Source: Hyalangium minutum
GTDB taxonomy: Bacteria > Myxococcota > Myxococcia > Myxococcales > Myxococcaceae
Length of the DNA: 64,000 nucleotides
NCBI RefSeq assembly: GCF_000737315.1
Contig: NZ_JMCB01000001.1
Location: 744,001 to 808,000, forward strand
Direction: 5' to 3'
Shown here: positions 46,653 through 57,587 of the stretch, in pieces
Position numbering within the stretch: the stretch's first letter is position 1
Layout: the number at the start of each line of letters is the position of its first letter
The notes under the pieces: generated by a model
Databases searched by the model: none
Told to the model about the DNA's origin: nothing
Seen by the model: only the letters and a program-made list of their open reading frames with translations
Translations under genes and position numbers: made by a program

Positions 46653-47015
46653 TCAGTAGGTGGGCACGTTCGAGGCCACGTCCTGCGGCAGCCCCTGGGT
46701 CGACACATCGCGCCGTCGCTCCAGCGTCCGCTTCAGCGCGTTCTCCAGCCGATCCCGGGTCATATCGATGGCCCCGTGCAACGTCTCGCCGGTCTCCGTG
46801 ACATGGATCGCCGACAGCCCCGGCAGCCTCACCGTGACGCGGCATTCCTTGTCGACACCCCCCTTGGGCCCGTTGATGTCCACGAGCGAGATGTCGATCT
46901 CCGACGCTTCCTGGTCGTCGCACAACCTCTCGATGTGATCCACCAGGTGTTCCTGCACATACGTCTTCAGCCCGTCCGTGAGGGACAGGTGTACGCCCCG
47001 CATCAACACCTTCAT
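46653..47015 (-). CDS. HPF/RaiA-family ribosome hibernation factor (short form)
   Basis: MKVLMRGVHLSLTDGLKTYV, ECRVTVRLPG, AIDMTRDRLENALKR. GGAGG SD. Confidence 0.75.
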   Translation of the reverse strand: MKVLMRGVHLSLTDGLKTYVQEHLVDHIERLCDDQEASEIDISLVDINGPKGGVDKECRVTVRLPGLSAIHVTETGETLHGAIDMTRDRLENALKRTLERRRDVSTQGLPQDVASNVPTY

Positions 47016-47161
47016 TGCATCACCTCCGGCCCTGAAGATGAGCAGCGTTGTCCCGGCTGGTGAGGGGGACATTCCCTGCTCCCTTGCTCGCCGTGCCGCC
47101 AGGGAGCGTAGCGCTGCTCCCCCGTGGACGTTTTGGAAGAGGACGTGGGTTGCTCAGGCGC

Positions 47162-47524
47162 ATGGGCACGGACCGCATCAAAGTCTTGCTGGTCGAGGAC
47201 GATGGCGACAGCCGGGAGTTGCTGGCGGAGATCCTGGAGGTCGACTTCGAGGTACAGACCGCGGGCGACGGGCTGGCAGGCCTGGCCGCCTTCGAGGCCG
47301 ATCACCCGGACGTCATTGTTACCGACGAGTCACTGCCAGGGCTGTGCGGCACGGCGCTGGCCCAGCGGGTGAAGGAGCGCTACCCCGAGGTCCGCGTCAT
47401 CCTCGTGTCGGGCTACGCGCAGGTGGAAGGTTCCGAACACTGCGACGTGGTGCTGCGCAAACCCATTGACGTGGAGCGCCTGTCCGCAGCCGTGGAAAGT
47501 CTCGGAGAAGCCGCGCGCCACTGA
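47162..47524 (+). CDS. Single-domain response regulator
   Basis: LVEDD, VTDESLPG, VSG and LRKP. Confidence 0.85.
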   Translation: MGTDRIKVLLVEDDGDSRELLAEILEVDFEVQTAGDGLAGLAAFEADHPDVIVTDESLPGLCGTALAQRVKERYPEVRVILVSGYAQVEGSEHCDVVLRKPIDVERLSAAVESLGEAARH

Positions 47525-47577
47525 TCCCCCGTGCTAATTTGACGGGTCAGCCCCAGTATGTGGGGCAGGGAGGGTGC

Positions 47578-48021
47578 ATGAAATACTGCGTCGAGTGCGG
47601 CTCGGAGTACCAGGACCACGTGACGGAGTGTGCGGACTGCACGGGGAGCAAACTGGTGGACGCAGCGGAGATGCGCCAGCGCGGCCTGCCTCTGCCGCAC
47701 GAGCGCGACACCCGCGAGTTCATCCGGGTCGGTACCGCTGAGGATCCCCTGACGGCCGAGGACTTCGTCCGCATGTTGGAGGCTCAACAGATCCCCGTCT
47801 TCTCGAGGGCCCGCCGGGCGGGCACCGTGGACGTGCTGACCACGGGCAATCTGCAGCCGTGGTGGGAGATCCTCGTGCCCGAGGAGCACGTCGCGCGCGC
47901 TACGGAGCTCCTGAACCAGGAGAAGGTGAGGCTGGACTCAACGGCCGACGAGGCCGCGCAGGCCGCCGAGGATGAGGAGCGCGAGTCCGAGCAGGCGGGC
48001 GCTCCCAGCGTGCTGAGCTGA
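47578..48021 (+). CDS. Zinc-ribbon plus DUF2007-like protein
   Basis: CVECG...CADC and WEILVPEEHVARA. Confidence 0.6.
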   Translation: MKYCVECGSEYQDHVTECADCTGSKLVDAAEMRQRGLPLPHERDTREFIRVGTAEDPLTAEDFVRMLEAQQIPVFSRARRAGTVDVLTTGNLQPWWEILVPEEHVARATELLNQEKVRLDSTADEAAQAAEDEERESEQAGAPSVLS

Positions 48022-48031
48022 GCGGCAGTCC

Positions 48032-48910
48032 TCAGGGGGAGCGGACGACGGCTCCCTCGCCTGCTTCCGGAGGGAGACGGGTCTCGAAGAGGCTCACGCC
48101 CGTCACCTTCCATTTCGTGTACTTCGAGTTGCGGGTGAGGAATGTCTCCAGGTCCTCGTCCACGACGCGCGCATAGCGGCTGCGCGCCGCGTGCCGCAGC
48201 CATGTGCGCTTGCCCTTCTGCACCACGAAGCCCAGGTGGGTGATGCGGGTGGCCTTGAGCGGCAGATCATCCCGCACGACAGCCAACACCGTGCCCGAGG
48301 GGATGTTGCGCGCGCGCGCCAACACCCGGTCCAGGGGGATGACGTTCAGTGTGTACGTCCCCACGGGCTGCCGGTCCTTGGGCAGCTTCAGCTCCTGCGA
48401 GGAGCGGGAGGTCCACGTGCGCGCGGTGAGCGTCTTCTGCGCCTGGAGGGTGTCCTCTCCGCCGTAGCGCCGCGTCACATCCACCAGGAAGCCCTTGCGG
48501 ATGTTGTTGGGCAACCACTGGGCCTCCATGAGGTGGTTGCGGTCCTCGTAGGAAGGGGTGCTCGCATACCGGATGCTCTCGAGCAGCGTGGGCACCTCGC
48601 TGTCCTCGCGCGCCAGGCTGAGCGCCATCGTCTCCTCGACGAAGGTGAGGCAGTCCACGGCGTCGAGGCGGAACGTCGGATCCGGATCCACCCCACTGCC
48701 CTCGCCCAGCGGAGAAACGAGGTACGGCGTCCCCAGGAAGCGCGAGCTCACGTGCAGCAGCCGCTCATGGAGCTTCGCCCCGGGCTCCGCGGCATTCAGG
48801 AGCGTGGCACGCTGCTCGGGCGTCAGGGCGGCCCAGCCTCCGGGAACGGGAGCAGTGGGCGCCTGCGTCAGCAGCAGGGTTACAGCGAGCGCACTGACCA
48901 CGAGCATCAC
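48032..48910 (-). CDS. DUF1460 / AmiA-like papain-fold peptidoglycan amidase, secreted
   Basis: Signal peptide, FLGTPY, DCLTFVE, RNHLMEAQW and ITHLGF. Confidence 0.78.
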   Translation of the reverse strand: MMLVVSALAVTLLLTQAPTAPVPGGWAALTPEQRATLLNAAEPGAKLHERLLHVSSRFLGTPYLVSPLGEGSGVDPDPTFRLDAVDCLTFVEETMALSLAREDSEVPTLLESIRYASTPSYEDRNHLMEAQWLPNNIRKGFLVDVTRRYGGEDTLQAQKTLTARTWTSRSSQELKLPKDRQPVGTYTLNVIPLDRVLARARNIPSGTVLAVVRDDLPLKATRITHLGFVVQKGKRTWLRHAARSRYARVVDEDLETFLTRNSKYTKWKVTGVSLFETRLPPEAGEGAVVRSP

Positions 48911-49887
48911 TTCACCATGCCCGTCGTGCGCAGGATGGCCTTGCGCTGATCATCCGCCAGCTGCAGCGTCTCCAGTTCCTTCTCGTAGGCGAGCTTCTCC
49001 TCTCCCTTGGCCTGGAAGGAGGCAAGCACGAGCCACTCGAGCATCGACTTCTCCCCGCCCTGGTAGAGGATCCGGGCGGCGCCCGCGGCGAGCGACTTGT
49101 CGGCATCCTTGAGCAGCGGGGAGAGCGCAGGCGAGGACTTCTTGGAGGGAACGCCCTCATACAGCTCCAGCCCCTGGCGCCGCACGAAGCGGTCCTGTGA
49201 GGCCAGCAGCTTGCCGGCGAAGTCAAAGCCATCCTGGGCGCCGAGCCTGCACAGGCCCTTGGCCGCGGCGAAGCGCGTGCTCTCCGAGTCGCTGGCGAGG
49301 AACTCCTTCAAGGCGGGCGCCTGCTTCGCGTCCCCGGCGGTACCCGCGGCCACGAGCATCTCGGCGCGCACCTCCAGCTCCGTCTCCTTCTTCGCCGCAG
49401 CGACCAGCACCTTGCTCATGCCCGGGTTGCGCGAGGCGCCCAGCGCCCGGGAGGCCTCCTTGCGCACCCCGAGGCTCTTGTCTTCCAGCAGCGGCAACAG
49501 CACCTGCACCTGGCGGCTGCGCAGCTTGCCCAATCCCTGCGCCGCGTACATCCGCACCGTGCTGTCCGCATCCAGTGCGAGCCTCATCAACATGGGCTCC
49601 GCGGTGCGCGCCTCAATGCCCGCCATGACGGCGGCAATGTTGCGCCGGGTGCGTTCGTCCACCGTCTTCCGCAGGAAGTTCTGGAGGACGTCGGCCGCAT
49701 AGTCCCGCTCGCCGATATAGCGCAGCCGGGAGATGGTGTTCGGCACCGAGGCACTGCCCTCCACCAACTGGGTGGCGACCTCCTCCGCCTCGGCGCGGCT
49801 GCGCAGCCGCTTCTGGGCAGAGGGGGGAATCGCCAGGGCCAGGGGGGCGATCAGGAACAGGGCCAGGCCAAGGGAACGAAAGGGCAT
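48907..49887 (-). CDS. Secreted HEAT-repeat protein
   Basis: Signal peptide and repeated VRxxAAxALG units. Start at MPFRS. Confidence 0.75.
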   Translation of the reverse strand: MPFRSLGLALFLIAPLALAIPPSAQKRLRSRAEAEEVATQLVEGSASVPNTISRLRYIGERDYAADVLQNFLRKTVDERTRRNIAAVMAGIEARTAEPMLMRLALDADSTVRMYAAQGLGKLRSRQVQVLLPLLEDKSLGVRKEASRALGASRNPGMSKVLVAAAKKETELEVRAEMLVAAGTAGDAKQAPALKEFLASDSESTRFAAAKGLCRLGAQDGFDFAGKLLASQDRFVRRQGLELYEGVPSKKSSPALSPLLKDADKSLAAGAARILYQGGEKSMLEWLVLASFQAKGEEKLAYEKELETLQLADDQRKAILRTTGMVK

Positions 49888-49978
49888 GTGCACGGTGTCG
49901 GAACGATGGCAAGGCCTACGGTAGCCTGTCAAAACCTCAGCCAAGGAGGCCTGCCCGCCCTGCGGATGTGCCCGATTC

Positions 49979-50007
49979 TTGACCCCTCCGGACTCGATTG
50001 ATACGAC
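49979..50007 (+). promoter_or_regulatory. Possible sigma70 promoter TTGACC-17-TACGAC
   Basis: Seen upstream of the DUF4398-ompA pair. Confidence 0.4.
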
Positions 50008-50048
50008 CTGAACATTCGTCTTCCAGCCCCTCATCCCAAGGCCTCTCC

Positions 50049-50372
50049 ATGAAGCAGCTGACGGTACTGGTGGCAGTGGCGGGTGCCCTCGCCGGTTGTG
50101 GCCCGGTGCGCTCCACCGCCAACATCCTCGACGCCGAGGTGCAGATCCAGGCGGCGCGCACCGCGGGGGCTGAGCAAAAAGCAGCCTACGAGTGGACCGC
50201 CGCCAACCTCTACATCCACAAGGCGCGCGAAGAGGTGTCCCACTCGGACTACCAGGCGGGCGTGAAGTTCGCCGTGAAGGCGTCCGAGTTCGCCAATGCG
50301 GCCCGTGAGAAGGCCATGGCCTCCGGGGACTCCGAGTCCAACTCCGCGGACAGCCCCCGCCCCACCCCCTGA
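50049..50372 (+). CDS. DUF4398-like small lipoprotein
   Basis: Lipobox LAG-C, AEVQIQAARTAGA and YEWTAANLYIHKA. Confidence 0.7.
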   Translation: MKQLTVLVAVAGALAGCGPVRSTANILDAEVQIQAARTAGAEQKAAYEWTAANLYIHKAREEVSHSDYQAGVKFAVKASEFANAAREKAMASGDSESNSADSPRPTP

Positions 50373-50389
50373 CGTGTGAGCATCCTCCG

Positions 50390-51943
<1,554 letters not shown>

Positions 51944-52003
51944 GGAGGGCTGGCGCTGGGAGAACCGGGGTGAGGGCCTCGCGCCCCACCCCGTCACCGG
52001 GGT

Positions 52004-53020
52004 TCACCCTTCCTTGAGCAGCTCGGCGAGGACCTCGGTGGCGTAGGCCCCCTTGGACAACTCGAAGGCCAGCACCAGATCCTCTCCTTCTGGGGAGAAC
52101 TCGGGGTTGCCGATGCGCACGCGGTAGGGCCTGCGCGTGCCCTCCGTCTCGCCTCCGCCACGCTGAAAGTCCGAGAGCGTCACGCCCTCCTCGGCCAGCA
52201 GCGCGGCCTCGGCCTCCGCCACACCGTGGGCCGAGGGCGTCATCTTCGGGCCGAACATGGGCCCTGCGGGGCTCACCTCGAAGGCGGCTACCCGCGGACC
52301 ATCCACTTCGGGTGCCTCGCAGACGAAGAGGCCGCCGGTGTCCTCCTTGCGAAGCACGTCCCCCAGGAGCGCCTGATCGAAAGTCCCCGCGCGAAGGCGT
52401 GCAGCGAGGGCCTTGTTGAAGAGGCGGGACTGGAAGGCGGAGAGGTACAGCTTGCGCTGGAAGCGGTCCGGGCGCTGAGGCAGCCGCTGGCCCAGGAGGA
52501 GCACCTTGCCCCGATCCGCGTTGTCGCGCTCGCGCCCGAAGCGCTGCTCTCCGAAGTAGTTGGGCACTCCTCGCGCCACTAGCCGGGAAAAGGACTCTCG
52601 GGCAGCGCCAAGGTCCTTTACGCCTCGCAGACGCATCCGGAAGCGGTTGCCCTTGAGGTGTCCGGTCCGCAGCTTGTTCCCGTGGCGGCGCGCCCACAGC
52701 ACGGTCACGCCCTCTAGAGAGAAGGCCGGGAGCTTCGGCTCCGCCCGTGCTGGCACAGAGAGCAACTGGCGGGTGACCGCGTGCCGGTCCTTCATGCCCG
52801 CGACGCCAATCTCGCCCTCGGGGAAGCCGAGCGCCTGAGAGAGCGCGCGCACCAGCTCGCGCGTGTCCCGGCCCCGCTTCTCCACCCAGAGGAAGAGGTG
52901 CTCCCCTTCCCCGCTCGGCAGATAGGCGGGGAGTTCCTCCACCTCGAAGTCCTCGGGGACGAGCTTGAAGGCGCCGCCACAGCCGGGCACGCCCTCGGTG
53001 AGTCGGGGCAGATCCGTCAC
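52004..53020 (-). CDS. truD: tRNA pseudouridine(13) synthase
   Basis: PEDFEVEE, AGMKDRHAVTRQ, GNRF, PNYFGEQRFG and FELSKGAYAT. Confidence 0.93.
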   Translation of the reverse strand: MTDLPRLTEGVPGCGGAFKLVPEDFEVEELPAYLPSGEGEHLFLWVEKRGRDTRELVRALSQALGFPEGEIGVAGMKDRHAVTRQLLSVPARAEPKLPAFSLEGVTVLWARRHGNKLRTGHLKGNRFRMRLRGVKDLGAARESFSRLVARGVPNYFGEQRFGRERDNADRGKVLLLGQRLPQRPDRFQRKLYLSAFQSRLFNKALAARLRAGTFDQALLGDVLRKEDTGGLFVCEAPEVDGPRVAAFEVSPAGPMFGPKMTPSAHGVAEAEAALLAEEGVTLSDFQRGGGETEGTRRPYRVRIGNPEFSPEGEDLVLAFELSKGAYATEVLAELLKEG

Positions 53021-54339
53021 GGGGACTCGAGGGTGGCGAGCAGCTCCTTCACGCGCCGAGCGAGATCTTCATCGGCGCGGGACTCGAGCAGCTCTCCCGC
53101 CTGGAAGAGGAGGAAGAACATCACGTCACTGAGCGCCTGCTTGAAGGAGGCGATTGGCTCGGAGCCGAGGCGCGTGCGGTGGCGCTCGAAGGCCTCGATG
53201 AGCTGCGGCTCGGCGAGGGTGCCATCGGCGGCCAGCGACAGCCCCTGGAGCACCGGCGAGGACGTCAGCGCCTGGCCCGAGAGCGCCACGTTGGCGGCGG
53301 CGATGAACTCGCTGTCCATGCCCTTGCGCGCCACCTCATCCCGGATCTCCTTGAAGATGAGGTTGAAGACACGGACCACCTCACGGTGGTCCACGCGGCT
53401 CTGGCGGACGAAGGGGGCAGGCCGCGAAGGAGTGGCCACAGGGGCCTTCTCCGACACCGATGGGGCCACGGGCACGAGCGGCTGTTCGGAGAGGACCGCG
53501 TAGCCGCCCTCGAGCAGGCGGAAGACGACCTTGGTGATGTCGAACTCGGACAGCTTGGCCAGGAACCCCAACTCGAGGATCGTGCGTCGGCCGTCGAGCA
53601 GGGCCAGCACCCGGTCCTCATCCGCCTCGAGCTTGCCGTCGGAGGCGCGCTTGGGGCCCACATAGAGCCGCCCATGGGGGATGCGCTTCCGGAAGTGCGC
53701 CAGCTCGTCGATCTTCCGGATGCTGTCCATCAGCAGGCTTTGCGTGGACAGCTGGATGTGCGACGCCTTGTCGTCTACCGGCTGGTCGATGAGGAAGAAC
53801 GAGCCCTCGCGGCACAGCACGATGGCGTGGAAGATCTCGCTCACCTGGTGGGTGACGCACTTGAAGAGGTCATGCGCCTGCAGGTAGCCCCGCTCCACCA
53901 GGGCGCGGCCCACCTTGGACGGGGGCTGCTCGCGCAGCACCTGTTCGATCTTGGCCCGGTCCACGTAGCCCAGGCGGACGAGCACCTCCCCGAGCCGATC
54001 CGAGGGGTCATCCGAGCTGGCCCCGCGCACCTCGCCCTCGCGCAGGGTGAGGGAGCGCTCGGTGCCGGGGGTGCGCACGCGGACGAGGCCGCTCCAGCGC
54101 GACTGGCTGAGGAAGGCGATCAGATCCGACAGAGGGAAGCCGCTGGCATCTCCGGTCAGCACCACGCGGGGAGCGGAGGTGGTGCCGCCCTGAGCCGGTA
54201 CCCGCGAGAAGACGAGCAGGTCTGGAGCCGTCGTCATCAGGGCGTACGAGCCCGTCCGGCCCGCCAGCGGGGGCGGACTCTGGCGCTCCTCGGGGACGAG
54301 CTGCGAGGACCCGTCGATGCGGAAGCGAGGCGGCGTCAT
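53017..54339 (-). CDS. DUF4388 / PatA-N-like domain protein
   Basis: LSDLIAFLSQSRWSG, LREGEV, LGEVLVRLG and REGSFFL. Confidence 0.7.
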   Translation of the reverse strand: MTPPRFRIDGSSQLVPEERQSPPPLAGRTGSYALMTTAPDLLVFSRVPAQGGTTSAPRVVLTGDASGFPLSDLIAFLSQSRWSGLVRVRTPGTERSLTLREGEVRGASSDDPSDRLGEVLVRLGYVDRAKIEQVLREQPPSKVGRALVERGYLQAHDLFKCVTHQVSEIFHAIVLCREGSFFLIDQPVDDKASHIQLSTQSLLMDSIRKIDELAHFRKRIPHGRLYVGPKRASDGKLEADEDRVLALLDGRRTILELGFLAKLSEFDITKVVFRLLEGGYAVLSEQPLVPVAPSVSEKAPVATPSRPAPFVRQSRVDHREVVRVFNLIFKEIRDEVARKGMDSEFIAAANVALSGQALTSSPVLQGLSLAADGTLAEPQLIEAFERHRTRLGSEPIASFKQALSDVMFFLLFQAGELLESRADEDLARRVKELLATLESP

Positions 54340-54349
54340 CCCAGGGTCA

Positions 54350-55342
54350 TCAGTCGGCGGCCCACGCGTTGTTGTTCGCGCGCCACTCGAGCTCGTCCTC
54401 GAGGCTCTGGGAGAGCAGGTCCTGCTCGGGCGGGAGCTGGACGCGGCGGCCGTTGAAGAAGATGGACGGCGTGCCGGTGATGTTGGCGCCGCTGCCCTGC
54501 GCCTTGAAGCTGTTCAGCTCCTCCTTATAGGCGTCGCCCTTGAGCATCTCCGTCAGCTTGGCGCCCGACAGGCCGATCTTGTCGGCGATGCCCGGCAGCG
54601 CGGCGGGAGACAGGTTCGCCTGGTTGGAGAAGAGCGCATCGTGCATCTCCCAGAACTTGCCCTGGTCACGGGCCCACAGCACCGCGCGCCCGGCGGAGAT
54701 GGCGTTGGCGTGCATGGGCAGCGGGTACGGCAGGTAGCAGAAGCGCACCTTGGAGGCGTTCTTCTTGGCGAACTCCTCCAGTTCCGGGCGGGCCTTGGCG
54801 CAGTAGGGGCACTCGAAGTCGGAGAACTCGGCCATCGTCACGGGGGCGTTGGCGTCGCCCATGCACATGCGCGGGTCCACCTTCAGGGTCACGCGAGGCT
54901 CCCGGAACGAGGCGTAGTACTGGGACAGGACGTTGATGACCTCGGTGGCGCCTGCGCCATCGGCCACGAACGAGGCCGCCATCCTCGCCATCTTCTTGGC
55001 GTGCTTGCAGCCGGTGTGCTGCTTCAGGCAGGCGCCCAGGGTGTGGGGGCAGCCGCAGTAGCAGAACTCGTCGCTGAAGATGCTCGCCAGCTCGCGCTGG
55101 GCAGACGGGGGCAGCGAGGAGAAGTCCATGCCCGGAATCCCCGTGAGTGCCGCGCCGGGGTTGGCCGGGGCGGCCGGGGGGGCCGCCGGAGGGGCGGGGG
55201 GCGCGGGCGGAGATACCGCGGCCTGAGGGGTCGCCGCGCCCTTGTCGGCGGGGGCGACCTCGGGGTTCTTGGTACAGGCCAGCCCGGTCAGAGACACGGC
55301 GGCGATCAGGAGGACAGCGCGCTTCCAGCAGTAGGAGGACAC
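54350..55342 (-). CDS. DsbA/DsbG-like thioredoxin lipoprotein with an extra Cys-rich N-terminal domain
   Basis: Lipobox LA-C, EFSDFECPYC, ITGTP (cis-Pro), and CYCGC...C...C upstream. Confidence 0.85.
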   Translation of the reverse strand: MSSYCWKRAVLLIAAVSLTGLACTKNPEVAPADKGAATPQAAVSPPAPPAPPAAPPAAPANPGAALTGIPGMDFSSLPPSAQRELASIFSDEFCYCGCPHTLGACLKQHTGCKHAKKMARMAASFVADGAGATEVINVLSQYYASFREPRVTLKVDPRMCMGDANAPVTMAEFSDFECPYCAKARPELEEFAKKNASKVRFCYLPYPLPMHANAISAGRAVLWARDQGKFWEMHDALFSNQANLSPAALPGIADKIGLSGAKLTEMLKGDAYKEELNSFKAQGSGANITGTPSIFFNGRRVQLPPEQDLLSQSLEDELEWRANNNAWAAD

Positions 55343-55350
55343 GCCGGGGG

Positions 55351-55379
55351 GTCTTAGCTACGCGCGGAGGGCTTGTAAA
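55351..55379 (-). promoter_or_regulatory. sigma70 promoter TTTACA-17-TAAGAC, 8 nt before the GTG start
   Basis: Read on the minus strand. Confidence 0.55.
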
Positions 55380-55411
55380 GGAAGGCGGGCTTTGTCAGTG
55401 AAGAGCCGCTC

Positions 55412-56464
55412 ATGCCCAAAGTCCTGCTGCTACATACCGGGGGAACGCTGGGGATGGCTGGGGGGCGGCCGTCCGCGCTGCGGCCCTCGGCCTTCTTCCG
55501 GACCCTGAAGGCGCGCGTTCCCGAGCTCTTCGAGCTGGCCGACATCGAGCTGGAGCTGTTCTCGAACCTGGACAGCTCGGAGATGCAGCCCGAGCTGTGG
55601 AGCGGGATGGCGGCCCACCTCTACAAGAGGCTGCCGGACTTCGATGGGGCGGTGGTGACGCACGGCACAGATACGCTGGCCTACACGGCCAGTGCGCTCT
55701 CCTTCATGCTCCGGGGGTTGCCACGGCCTGTGGTGCTGACGGGCTCTCAGCGGCCGCTGGGGGAGATCCGGACGGATGCACGGCTGAACCTCATTGACTC
55801 GGTGCTCTCGGCGCTCAATGGCCCCAAAGAGGTCACCATCTGCTTCGACTCCCACCTGTACCGGGGCAACCGGACCCGGAAGGTGAAGGTCGCCGAGTAC
55901 GACGCCTTCGAGAGCCCCAACTTCCCGGTGCTGGGGACGCTGGGGGTGGATGCCACCTTCGAGCCTGGCCTGCGACCCCGGGGCGCCTTCCGCCTCTTCG
56001 AGCGGCTGGATCCGCGAGTCTTCCTCTTGAAGGTGTACCCCGGGTTGGACCCAGCGCTCCCGCTTGCGCTGTTGCCGCATGTGCGGGGACTGGTCTTGGA
56101 GGCATATGGGGCGGGCAACTTCCCGATCGATCCATCGCTCGGCCGCTCGCTGCGTCCCCTCTTCGCCCAGGCGCGGGAGCGGGGGATCCCGGTGGTGGTG
56201 GTGAGCCAGGCGTACCGGAACGGGGTGGACCTGACCCTGTACGAGTCGGGGGCGGTGGCACTGGAGGAGGGAGCGATTGGAGGGGGGGACCTGACGCCCT
56301 CGGCGGCGGCGGTGAAGCTGATGCAGGGGCTGGCCTACCACCCGGAGCCGGAGGCCCAGCGGCGCTTCATCCAGACCCCGATTGCGGGGGAACTCACAGT
56401 GGGGCGGCCGCCCATACCGCCCGCCGAACCTCGGAGGCGGAGGCGCCGACCGCACGGGCGGTGA
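55412..56464 (+). CDS. ansA: Type I L-asparaginase
   Basis: HTGGTLGM, LDSSEM, THGTDTLAY, VLTGSQ and GNRTRK. Confidence 0.88.
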   Translation: MPKVLLLHTGGTLGMAGGRPSALRPSAFFRTLKARVPELFELADIELELFSNLDSSEMQPELWSGMAAHLYKRLPDFDGAVVTHGTDTLAYTASALSFMLRGLPRPVVLTGSQRPLGEIRTDARLNLIDSVLSALNGPKEVTICFDSHLYRGNRTRKVKVAEYDAFESPNFPVLGTLGVDATFEPGLRPRGAFRLFERLDPRVFLLKVYPGLDPALPLALLPHVRGLVLEAYGAGNFPIDPSLGRSLRPLFAQARERGIPVVVVSQAYRNGVDLTLYESGAVALEEGAIGGGDLTPSAAAVKLMQGLAYHPEPEAQRRFIQTPIAGELTVGRPPIPPAEPRRRRRRPHGR

Positions 56465-56498
56465 ACCCCCCGGATGTCTCCAAGAGCGGTATGTAAGC

Positions 56499-56528
56499 TT
56501 GCCGCCACGAAATACAGGCCCTTAAGAT
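56499..56528 (+). promoter_or_regulatory. sigma70 promoter TTGCCG-18-TAAGAT, 9 nt before the ATG
   Basis: Seen directly. Confidence 0.5.
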
Positions 56529-56537
56529 GGGGGCCAG

Positions 56538-57449
56538 ATGTCCGAGGAGAAGACAAACGTCCATTCCATCGCGGATCTGCTGAGCAACGCTCAGCAGCAG
56601 AGCGCCTATCTGATCGTGATCAGCGCCAAATCCGCGGCGGGTATCGGGCGGATGTTCAAGCTGGATCGTTCGGAGACGGTGCTGGGCCGCAGTTCCGAGG
56701 CGCAGTTCCAGGTCGAGGACGATGGTATCTCGCGCAAGCACGCGAAGGTGGTGGCGTTGGGGGATGGGCGTTTCCAGCTGATGGATCTGGGGAGCACGAA
56801 CGGGACGTACCTGAACGGCCTGCGGGTGAACACGGCGCCGCTGTACGACGGGGACAAGATCCAGATCGGCTCGAACACGGTGCTGAAGTTCTCCATCCAG
56901 GACCAGTTGGAGGAGCAGTACCAGCGGAGCATCTACGAGTCGGCGACGCGGGACGGGCTGACGCGGCTCTACAACAAGAAGTTCTTCATGGAGACGCTGC
57001 GCAAGGAGTTCGCGTACTGCCTGCGTCACCGGGTGCCACTGTCGCTGGTGATGTTCGACGTGGACCACTTCAAGAAGATCAACGATGTGTACGGGCACCC
57101 GGCGGGCGACTACGTGCTGACGCGGATCGCGCAGCGGGTGAGCGACACGGTGCGTACGGAGGATCTGCTGGCGCGTTATGGCGGAGAGGAGTTCGCGCTG
57201 ATGTTGCGAGAGTCCGCCGAGGAGCAAGCGCTGGCGTGCGCGGAGCGGTGCCGGCAGGCGGTGGACCGCAGCGACTTCATCTTCAGCGGGACGCCGATCA
57301 AGGTGACGATCAGCCTGGGAGTGGCGACGCTGTTGGACTCGGACTTCGCGCAACCCGAGGACCTGCTCGCGGCGGCGGACAAGTACCTCTACCGTGCGAA
57401 GCGAGCGGGCCGGAACCGGGTGGACGCCAAGGCCGTCAGCGGCCCCTGA
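56538..57449 (+). CDS. FHA-GGDEF diguanylate cyclase
   Basis: FHA (GRS, ISRKHA, GSTNGT) plus GGEEF, DVDHFKKINDVYGH and GRN. Confidence 0.92.
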   Translation: MSEEKTNVHSIADLLSNAQQQSAYLIVISAKSAAGIGRMFKLDRSETVLGRSSEAQFQVEDDGISRKHAKVVALGDGRFQLMDLGSTNGTYLNGLRVNTAPLYDGDKIQIGSNTVLKFSIQDQLEEQYQRSIYESATRDGLTRLYNKKFFMETLRKEFAYCLRHRVPLSLVMFDVDHFKKINDVYGHPAGDYVLTRIAQRVSDTVRTEDLLARYGGEEFALMLRESAEEQALACAERCRQAVDRSDFIFSGTPIKVTISLGVATLLDSDFAQPEDLLAAADKYLYRAKRAGRNRVDAKAVSGP

Positions 57450-57587
57450 GCGCAGAACGAATCGTTGGAGAGCGGGACGCCGGGGCGGGCGGACCCGTCA
57501 GCCGACGGGGGGACCCGCCCCGCAGCGAGGGACCCGCGACCTGTGGCCCCTGGGCTGTGCGTCCTGAAGTGCCCTGCCCTACCGTGC

